A stretch of DNA of 64,000 nucleotides from Octopus sinensis (lineage: Eukaryota), in contig NC_043026.1 in the NCBI RefSeq assembly GCF_006345805.1, forward strand, positions 1 through 64,000, in the 5' to 3' direction. The stretch's first letter is position 1, and each line of letters begins with the position of its first letter. Both the position numbers and the translations under genes were made by a program. Under the pieces are notes generated by a model. It saw only the letters and a program-made list of their open reading frames with translations. It made no database searches and had not been told where the DNA came from. Below are positions 53,511-64,000 of this stretch, piece by piece.

Positions 53511-55413
53511 ATTTCAACAATTGAGGGCAAAATTAATTAATTATTAATCAATTTCACCAAGTGTTCAGTATGCAAAGGGACCATTCAAGGCGAATTCAAA
53601 TTATTACATTATATAAAAGGGCTTAGTAAATAAATTACTTTGCCGCATACTGAACTCATTAGAAATAGCAGCTAAAAAACTTTTTTAAGGCTATTTCTAA
53701 TACTTAAAGAAATCTCTCTCATATATAGTGTTTGCATAATTTAACTCACAAAAGTTTGGGGTAATGACATCGAAAAATCAAATGCTAAGGTTATTCGAGA
53801 ACGTACGTTTCAAGATTAGTCAAAACAACATTTCTATCATCGGCTCGGAAATTCCTTGGTTTGGATTTGGAAACACTGAAAATAAGAACATACCCTCTCG
53901 AAGATCTGCTCCCAACTAACAGTGCCAGCAAATTCAAAATAAGCAAGCGAAGAATCTCTGTTCTCTCTTCCCCTTTTTCCACCAGCGTGGGTTAAAATCA
54001 TCAACTCTATGCTTATTTCGGTAAAGTCCGAAGCATTAATCAGAGGGAGATTAATTATATTTCAACAATTGAGGGCAAATTAATTAATTATTAATCAATT
54101 TCACCAAGTGTTCAGTATGCAAAGGGACCATTCAAGGCGAATTCAAATTATTACATTATATAAAAGGGCTTAGTAAAATAATTACTTTGCCGCATACTGA
54201 ACTCATTAGAAATAGCAGCTAAAAAACTTTTTTAAGGCTATTTCTAATACTTAAAGAAAATCTCTCTCATATATAGTGTTTGCATAATTTAACTCACAAA
54301 AGTTTGGGGGAATGACATCGAAAAATCAAATGCTAAGGTTATTCGAGAACGTACGTTTCAAGATTAGTCAAAACACATTTCTATCATCGGCTCGGAAATT
54401 CCTTGGTTTGGATTTGGAAACACTGAAAATAAGAACATACCCTCTCGAAGATCTGCTCCCAACTAACAGTGCCAGCAAATTCAAAATAAGCAAGCGAAGA
54501 ATCTCTGTTCTCCCCTTTCCACCAGCGTGGGTTAAAATCATCAAACTCTATGCTTATTTCGGTAAAGTCCGAAGCATTAATCAGAGGGAGATTAATTATA
54601 ATTTCAACAATTGAGGGCAAAATTAATTAATTATTAATCAATTTCACCAAGTGTTCAGTATGCAAAGGGACCATTCAAGGCGAATTCAAATTATTACATT
54701 ATATAAAAGGGCTTAGTAAAATAAATTACTTTGCCGCATACTGAACTCATTAGAAATAGCAGCTAAAAAACTTTTTAAGGCTATTTCTAATACTTAAAGA
54801 AAATCTCTCTCATATATAGTGTTTGCATAATTTAACTCACAAAAGTTTGGGGGTAATGACATCGAAAAATCAAATGCTAAGGTTATTCGAGAACGTACGT
54901 TTCAAGATTAGTCAAAACAACATTTCTATCATCGGCTCGGAAATTCCTTGGTTTGGATTTGGAAACACTGAAAATAAGAACATACCCTCTCGAAGATCTG
55001 CTCCCAACTAACAGTGCCAGCAAATTCAAAATAAGCAAGCGAAGAATCTCTGTTCTCCCCTTTCCACCAGCGTGGGTTAAAATCATCAAACTCTATGCTT
55101 ATTTCGGTAAAGTCCGAAGCATTAATCAGAGGGAGATTAATTATAATTTCAACAATTGAGGGCAAAATTAATTAATTATTAATCAATTTCACCAAGTGTT
55201 CAGTATGCAAAGGGACCATTCAAGGCGAATTCAAATTATTACATTATATAAAAGGGCTTAGTAAAATAAATTACTTTGCCGCATACTGAACTCATTAGAA
55301 ATAGCAGCTAAAAAACTTTTTTAAGGCTATTTCTAATACTTAAAGAAAATCTCTCTCATATATAGTGTTTGCATAATTTAACTCACAAAAGTTTGGGGGT
55401 AATGACATCGAAA
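53511..55413. repeat. Tandem array of ~545-bp units (3.5 copies)
   Basis: Unit start atttcaacaa at 53511, 54059, 54601 and 55146; copies differ mostly by homopolymer indels. Confidence 0.92.
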
Positions 55414-55943
55414 AAAATATATATATATATTGTATGTGTGTATATATGGACGACTGTATGTACATATGTATTTGCTGTAATATAGATATGTTTCTATACT
55501 GAATTTGATTGTCTTTTCGTTGCTCTAGGGAACACAACACTTGTAAGTAATGAAAACATATATACATTATATAGATATATATATGTAATATATATATATG
55601 TATATATTTATATATATATATATATGTATATATATATGTATATATTTATATGTATATATATATGTGTATATATATATGCGTATATTTATATATATATTTA
55701 TATGTATATATATATATATATGTATATATATGTATATATATATGTGTATATATGTGTAAATATATATATATATATGTATATATGTATATATATATATATG
55801 TATATATATATGTATATATATGCATATATATATATATATATGTATATGTATATATATATGTATATATATATATGTATATATATATATATGTATATGTACA
55901 TATATATATATAGGAAAAAAAGCAACAAGAATGGATTAAAATC

Positions 55944-56027
55944 TCGGTACGATCGTTTCGTACGAGGACATCTTTAATAAGCTACAAAAAATGCAGTGAA
56001 TACAGATGGCTCGTACTCCTCAGCCGA
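55944..56027 (-). ncRNA. Type I hammerhead ribozyme motif with long stem II loop and palindromic stem III
   Basis: Minus strand tcgg-CTGAGGA-gtacgag(~43 nt)ctcgtac-GAAA-cgatcg-TA-ccga. Confidence 0.78.
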
Positions 56028-56381
56028 AAAAATATCAGAGAATTCCCAAACATCAAAAGGGGTAGATACAAAAGAGGTTGTAAGATTAACTGCATTGAAG
56101 AAAGTGTACACATATAATATAGTGTAGTGTATTATAGTTTAGTATAATAATAATATAAAGTTATCAATACTTTTCCAATATCCCAAAATGAAGCATTTTG
56201 TTGATGGAAATCTCATAAAGAATAGCAAACGTCGACCAAATAAATCTTAAAAACAGATCACAAGGGCAAAATTCGCAGCAGACGATAATTCAGAATTCTG
56301 TGTGAAGGATTTTGGAGACAATAGGTGTGGAATGTGTAGTAACAACAACTTCAAATATTTCGAGACTGGTTCTCATACATA

Positions 56382-56872
56382 ATTTTAAAGTAGATCCTTC
56401 CTCCAATTAATGCGAATATGAACTCTAAGACACAGAATCTAATATGCTGCATCACATTCCCAAATTGCAAAGAGAATTCTATTTGGCAAAACCAACAATT
56501 CCCTTTGCCAATGAGCAACGATCCACAGACAGCACATCCGACAAAACGAATTACGTAAGATTTCGCTGAGCAAACGTCTAGATATATGCGGAAACAGCAG
56601 ATTCAACATCTTCGCTTTCTACAAATGACCATAGGAGAATGAGACGGCCGAAAGACAACGAAACTATATTTTACAGGAAAATTTCTATCAAAAGTAAACG
56701 TGTGAAAATATGTTTATATAAAATTTTTAAAATATTATAAAAAACTTTACTTTCGCAGAAGAAACCAAACCAGATTATTACTGGATATATTTTTATTATT
56801 AATGATGTTCTCGTTACTGTTACTAAAATAACTGGAAGAATTCACTTAAACAACCGACACGCATACACACAC

Positions 56873-56933
<61 letters not shown>

Positions 56934-59900
56934 CACACTCTCACGCATACGGTTAGACACAAACACAAACATACATTTAAATGCCTTTCCAAATAATTCC
57001 ATAGATTCTGTTTTCCAAATAATTCCATAGATTCTTTTTCCTTCAGCTCGCCAACAGAACAACCGACCAAACATTTTGTCAGTCACACCATAACTAAAAG
57101 AAATTTAATTTCATTCATAATAATTTTTGATTCCTTTGACCTGTCATCGAATTCACCCATCCCAGAAGAACACTTCTTTCTCTCTTTCAGAAAGCCAGAA
57201 GACACGCCTGCTTATACGCATATACATACATACGCGTACATAGACACATGCATACACACAGGAATATATACATATATCTATAGAATCAAAATGACAAAGG
57301 GCATCTCAGATATCTCCCCTTCAATCACTCTCATTCCCAAACCCAAGAAAACAAATTCACTCCCGGTTCTTTTCCACTCACTTCTTTATAAAAGTTATAA
57401 ATTTCCGATAAGAAATCATTCATGATGAATCCCTGAGAGGGCCGAAAGCCCTAAATAAATGGATTTTTATTCAAATCCTCTCCTGACTACCGTCTCTTAT
57501 TAACATATGAAATCTATACACCACTTCAAAATTTTACACACACTCATCTCCACTACATCAATCGTCACCATCACAACAAACACACCAACACCACCGCCAC
57601 AACCAACAACAATACTGAACACTTCTTATTGAACGGACATATAGGTATCTAATCTTCTCAGTGAAGTGTGACTGTTCGCATTCATGTGAGACAGTTAGTT
57701 TAGTTCCGTGTGGGTGAAAACATAATATCATAAATGGGAAGTGTTGTTCTCACTGCGTATGTTATTGACCTTTATATAGAGTTGTCGTAGCTGCAGATAC
57801 TGGTGACAGAAGCGAGCAGTGCTGCTATCAGTGAACAGTTCGAAACCTTTCGCTCCGGTTTCCCTTGTAGAGACAGTGGTGATATTGTCATTTGTAGGAA
57901 ATCTGGATTGATATCTAGAGACAGTGCCTACCTGCGTGGTAATTCTGGAAGCAATAGGTAATTTTCCTTCTACTATAAACACAAGGTCTGAAATTTTGTA
58001 GGAAAGGGCTAGTTGATCATATGAACCCCACTGCTCAGCTACTACTTGTTTTACTGAGCCTGGAAGGAAAAAAAGGATAAGTCGGCTTCTGTAACATTTG
58101 AATGCAGTAAACAATATTGGCATTTGTAGGGGTCCTGACTTGACATCAAGAGACAGTGGTGACATCTGTGGAAAATTCTGAAAGTGGAATTTGCGGGTAT
58201 CCTTCATAAGTGGACGGTCATCCGAGGAGAGGACATTACTGGACAGTCATAGTGGACAGACCTGACAACGTCTCTCGTTACCCACGAATAGCAAAATCAA
58301 CCCAACTACCCACAACAAAGGTAAGAATACATTTGTGCGTACGCGTATGTGTGTGTGTGTGTGAGTCTGTGTGCATGTGTGTATGCATGTGCGCGAGCGC
58401 TAGCTCACTCACGGTCAAAAGATTGTGAATTCTGAATCGGGTGGTGCATTGAACCCTTCGACAAGATACTTCATTTTGACTCCACTCTATTGAAAATAAC
58501 TACAAGTGACAGCTGGAGAAGGGTCCACTATAACCCTTGGCAACCTGAATAAGCTCCGGCCTGGAGGCTTGAGTCAGACTTTATGATGTGTTTGTCTGGA
58601 GAAGGGAGCGACGATATTTCTTGCTGTTTAACACTTGGTCAGTAACGATTAAGCAGATCTAAGATCAAAGCCGTTTCGACCGTAGCCATCACACCATATA
58701 TTCAAAAATACGCTTGTTATGAATGCATTATCATGTTGTTATTTTCGTTCGTGTGTTTGTTTGTTTGTTGCTGTTAGCGACATCATTATGCGCCAGGTCA
58801 ATCCTGATCGAACAGTTCTTCAGTGAAAGATATTCCAGCCGTGACCATGCCATTCTTTTATTCAGATATTAGCGTTTTCTCCTTTCATTTCCCCTTATAA
58901 ATGTATCTCTTCCTTTATCTCCTTCCTTCTCTGTATTACTATCTATTTCTAGCTATCTCGTACGTCTTCTCTTCCCCTCTCTATTCTATGCTCTCCTCTC
59001 CTCAACTTCTCTCCTTATACCAGGATCGATTTCTCCCTATTTCTCCCTATTTCTATCTCTCTATCAATTACTCTTCTGTCTCTTTCTCTTTACCTCTCCC
59101 ACTTTTGAATTCTGTCTTCATCTCATCTCTCTCTAAATTTTCTCCCTCATCTTCTAACACACACACACACACACACACACACGCACGCACACATACACAT
59201 GCGTACACAAATATTTATAAGTATAGTCCTCTACTGATTCTAGAGCCAAGATGTTCCAGTTTCCTTCTACCATTCCAACCGTGACCACAGTGCTGCTATT
59301 AACCCTTACTACAATTCTGACCGTTGCCTCAAACCAGCAATTTTATACAGGCAGCTACAGATCTTTGGCTCCTGGGTATTCCTACCGTTACCTTCAGGAA
59401 CCTCCGACAGAACAATTCTTCTCCACTCGATGTCTACTGAAATGTGCCGCGATTTCTCTAAGCAGCCAATCGAAATTCTTCACTTACAACAATGTCAGCC
59501 GTGTTTGTAAGAATTACTCACCGAAAGATATTATGACAGTTGTCAGAACAAACGACCGCAACGAGATGTCCTTCTACAGAAGTAAGTGAATTATTATTAC
59601 TATTATTATTTTTTTCATTATCATCATCATTAATTCCGCCGAGGTAACTTTCTTTTTCATATGAATCGACTCTCTTCTGCGTGTATACAGATGATTTTTT
59701 ATATACCATCCTAGGCCATTTTCCTTTGCTTCGATACAATCCTGACAACAGATCAAACTTGTCCCACCCTTTCTCGAGCAAAGGAGAGAGGATTTATTTT
59801 ATCAGTTATAATCTCTGTCTGTAAAACAAACATCACGGTAGTCCAACAACAGAGGGAGAAGCAGTTTGTCAAGTTTTACCTTCCCCTCAAAGCAACACGG

Positions 59901-61587
59901 TGCTTTCAATCCAGCAGCCCTTCTTACAGCTTTGTAGTGTGTGAGTGCGTGAGAGAGTGGGGAGAGAGTGAGTATTGTAAACAATAAATAAAATAAACAT
60001 GAATTGGAAAAATCGTATAAATAAAAGGGTATCACTACAGATGTATACACTCCCGAATTTGTTGCTTCATGACATCCAGAAAAATGCATACTTTTAAAAA
60101 GAGGTTTCTAAAAATACTGCTTAGATGTTGTGGCTTCAGAGTATTTCGGGATTTATAAGAAAGAATTTTCCTGTGGGGTGGGAGAGAAGGATTTTGGAAA
60201 ATTGACACGATCTACTTTACTCCCTCATAACTTTCAGGAAGATGAGTATCTTTTAATGAACATTTATACAAATCCCCTTCAAACGCACAGATTACGATTG
60301 TAAAGAAATTTGTGGAGAAAATTTCTTCAAAGATTTTGCTATTTTTTTTTTAAACCACAGCCTTCGAAATGTTGGGGTGGGGATGAGGCATCTTTGTATG
60401 AAAAAGTTTTGTATACTCCTTTTTTACACCCTTCCCTCATCGTCCAACTCCGGACTTATTTGGGCAATTTTTTTTTTTGCACTTCAAAACAATGGTAAGA
60501 ACATTTTCGGTTGTTGTGATTTTGATGAAGTTTGAAACTGTTAGGTGGTGCGTTGTATCACTCTATATAGCAGGTGAACATCTTCATTTATTTGACATTT
60601 ATCAAGTGGACTACTCGTTTTCTTTTCTTCTAGTATACTTGTAAGTAAAAGCCAAAGTTCACGGTTCATGGTTAAAACTGACGGTTTCCTACTATATTGG
60701 TACAAACATACGTACCTACTTAGTTACTTACATACCTACTTATACACATACACACTTACTGTTTACTGCAATGATTTGGTTCACTAGATCGGTGAAAAAT
60801 TCTTTTAAAGTTGTTAATATTTTCAGTGGGGAAAGCGGCAAACTGGCGGAAACGTTAGCACGTCGGGTGAAATTCTTAGCGGTATTTCGTCTGCCGCTAC
60901 GTTCTGGGTTCAATTTCCGCCGAGGTCGACTTTGCCTTTCATCACTTTGAGGTCGATTAAATAAGTACCAGTTACGCACTGGGGTCGATATAATCGACTT
61001 AATCCGTTTGTCTATCCTTGTTTGTCCTCTCTGTATTTAGCCCCTTATGGGTAGTAAAGAAATAGGTATTTCGCCAGTTGACTCGTTCTGAGTTCAAATT
61101 CCGCCCAGGTCGACTTTGCCTTTCATCCACTCGGGGTCGATATATTAACTACCAGTTCAACACTGGGGTCGATGTAATCGATTCATGGCCTCCCCATAAT
61201 TGCTGCCCTATGTTTTCCAGAAACTTCTGTTCTGGCTACATGGAAATGATTGTGTAGTCCCCTGTTGAATTATGCTTTATCATGTCCATTTTGTATTTGT
61301 TCCTTTGTCTTACTTTTTTTCCGCTGCATTCAATACTCCATCATTCCCGACACTAGCAAGGTTTCCATTTGCTCTCCTCGCATACAGACAAACAGTGTCT
61401 GTACGTGGATGATGGGCTCCATGTATCTTTAGAAGCTTTCTCGTTTTCCTGTCCATCTCCTATACCTCCTCATCTGTTCAGTTCAGGATGCCAAGGCCAT
61501 ACCCAACTCTGAAAGTGCGCGCAAGTTCTTTGCCGAAATCATGTTACTGGCATTGAGTTTTGAAGCCAATATCATCATGACTACTAT

Positions 61588-61639
<52 letters not shown>

Positions 61640-62139
61640 GTTGTGTTATTATTATCATTATTTCAGATACCCAATGGATTAAAACTTATGCCATATCAAT
61701 GGGAGCTCGTTCAAAAGTCTTTAAATCATTCATGAATATAGGAAGTCCTTCAACCTGGAATGTGGACAAATGCAGAGGTGTCTTTTGTCCCAACTTCTTC
61801 CGACATCCTATCCTTGATTTCTGGAAACATCTTCCAATTGAGGAGGTATGTATGCATACACATACACGCGCACACAAATGCATATTATTATTTTCCTAAT
61901 AACAGTAATACTGATAAACAAATATTTAGATCAATTCAGTTATGTGTGTCACATTTTTGACCTGTAAAAATTATTTATTGGGAAGGCGAAGCAGTGTTGT
62001 AAAGAATTCTATCCGCGGCAAACCGCTGTGAGATTCATGGCCTGCCCCAAATTGTTGCCCTTGTGGAAAAAGATTTGAAACCATTGTTATTAATTCTTTT
62101 TATAATAAGTTTTGCTGGAACTCCTAGAATCTTGCATGC
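56382..62139. repeat. Inverted segmental duplicate of ~26059-33300 (gene C 5' flank to intron 2)
   Basis: Collinear reverse-complement similarity across flank, exon 1, intron 1 repeats and exon 2, with several large indels. Confidence 0.9.
59251..61845 (+). CDS. Gene D (inverted paralogue of C): exons 59251-59581 and 61667-61845; remaining exons presumably beyond the window
   Basis: ATG 59251, AGAA|gtaagt, tttcag|ATACCCAATGG...GAGGAG|gtatgt; open and in phase; exon 1 differs from gene C at 9 of 331 nt. Confidence 0.85.
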
Positions 62140-62594
62140 CACCCATCCTTTCAACTACAACATGATTTCAAAACATCCCTATTTTCGTTTGACTTCATTA
62201 TTTCGACTTGATACCAGTCACATAAGCCGGTCCAATCTTCTATTTCGGGGATTATCTAAAAAGTATTTGTAAGATTTGTAATACTTTCCTTCCGCGGAAA
62301 AAAAACTGTAACGCCGTGCAGCGTTTCTAAAAGTAGCTCGATACATATGAAGGGTGCGATGGGTAAATTGTCGTATTTCACTCTGGCAGAGATTTGGAAA
62401 TGATATGCTGTACTGCCTGACATTTGCGGTGAAAGTCCAATACGAACATTTCAGAGTCTTTCGGTGTGTGTCTGAGGACAGTACAATCTGAGGACACATG
62501 TACTGAGAGTGATAAAAATCAAACATCCAGTCAACAGGAACGTGAAAAATAGAGTAACAGTTTTTGAAATGTCTTTGCAGCTTTTATTAATAAA

Positions 62595-62687
<93 letters not shown>

Positions 62688-62752
62688 GGGAGTATAGCTC
62701 CAAACTTACAGGGAAAAATTCCCTGTATAAATATATAAAATAAAACCACTAT

Positions 62753-63580
62753 TATGAGATAAAACCACTATTATGCAACTCAAACAGTGATAGACATAAA
62801 CCAACAAATACACAAATAACAAATAATATAACTATAATTAATATAATATATATATATTTTTTATTTTTATTTTTTTTAATGATAAATATAAATATAAATA
62901 TAATGTAATAAGAAATAAGTAAAATATAATAAATAAAAACACTTATATTTATCATTAAAAAAAATATATATTATATTACAATTGCAGCGTGGAAGGTGTT
63001 TGTAAGCCATTTAAGAAACACACAAAAGCTGTTCGATTCACTTCAACATTTAAGTTTAATTTGTCAAAATATTTTCGTCGCTTTGAGACCGCGACCTGTT
63101 CACTGACAAAAATCCGTGCTGAATAAGGTTTATATATATATAGACAATTGCAACGTGGAAGGTGTTTATAAGCCATTTAAGAAACACACAAAAGCCGTTC
63201 GATTCACTTCAAAATTTAAGTTTAATTTGTCAAAATATTTTCGTCGCTTTGAGACCGCGACCTGTTCACTGACAAAAATCCGTACTGCATCAAAAATCCG
63301 TGCTGAGATGCAGGTCGCGGTCTTAAAGTGACGAAAATATTTTGACAAATTAAACTAAAATATTGAAGTGAATCGAACGGCTTTTGTGTGTTTCTTAAAT
63401 GGCTTACAAACACCTTCCACGCTAAAATTGTTTTCGTTTCAGCACACGATCTCAGATCAAATAACTTGCTATGCAGGTACATCTCCTATATTATATTAAT
63501 TATATTTATATTATTTGTTATTTATGTATTGGTTTATGCCTATCACTGTTTGAGTTGCATAATAGTGGTTTTATCTATAA
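62753..63580. repeat. Nested fold-back repeat structure
   Basis: Outer arms ~62753-62830 and ~63505-63580 are inverted; inner ~150-bp unit is direct at ~62975 and ~63143 and inverted at ~63312-63422. Confidence 0.7.
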
Positions 63581-63680
63581 TTCATATATATATTGAGAAA
63601 CCGACGGGTAAGATCGTCTGTAATGCATGTATAAAACTGTACACTTTGATCAATGTTATATATATTACATATTATGTGCT

Positions 63681-63713
<33 letters not shown>

Positions 63714-63714
63714 A

Positions 63715-64000
63715 TTCTTATATTCTTTTATCGTTTCAGTCATTTCACTGCGGTCATGCAGGAGCACCGCCCTTAGTCGAGCAAATCGACCCCAGGACCT
63801 ATTTTTTGTAAGCTTAGTACTTATTCTATCGGTCTTTCATACCGAGCCGCTAAATGACGAGGACGTAAACACAACAACATCGGTTGTGAAGCGATGTTGC
63901 CGGGACAAACACAGACACACAAACATATACATATATTATATATATACGACGGGATTCTTTCAGTTTCCGTCTACAAAATCCACTCACTGGTCGGCCCGAG
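63715..64000 (-). mobile_element. SINE family 2 copy, cut by the window end
   Basis: Homologous to 23575-23870. Confidence 0.75.

Noticed and set aside
53511-54058. Hammerhead-like fragments (catactgaa...gaaat) in the 545-bp unit
   Set aside because: No CUGANGA core and no stem I pairing on either strand.
57728-58207. 159-aa minus-strand ORF (shorter counterpart at 31819-32073)
   Set aside because: Non-ATG start, frame not conserved between the duplicated copies, no recognisable motif.

Overview
AT-rich, microsatellite-dense animal genomic DNA. The SINE families and repeat landscape suggest an octopod cephalopod (inference). The host content is a cluster of four paralogues of one 5-exon gene, reconstructed by hand from GT-AG sites and reading phase: signal peptide + ~80-aa PAN/apple-like module + ~185-aa Trp/Cys-containing domain that I cannot name. 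Gene C (minus, 18269-30366) is complete (894 nt, 297 aa). Gene D (plus, from 59251) is a recent inverted duplicate of C that runs off the window after exon 2. Gene A (plus, 5773-8778) has intact exons 1-2 but no exons 3-5. Gene B (plus, ~41838-47962) has a damaged exon 1 but intact exons 2-5. The rest is mobile DNA: R4/Dong-type non-LTR retroelements in intron 1 of every paralogue (one lacks its RT), Penelope-like elements, several hammerhead ribozyme motifs, tRNA-derived SINEs, Tc1/mariner and Gypsy remnants, a Helentron-like element, 147-bp and ~545-bp tandem arrays and long microsatellites. Most ORFs in the supplied track are microsatellite artefacts. No database search was run. Single-base indels in homopolymers suggest some frameshifts may be assembly errors.
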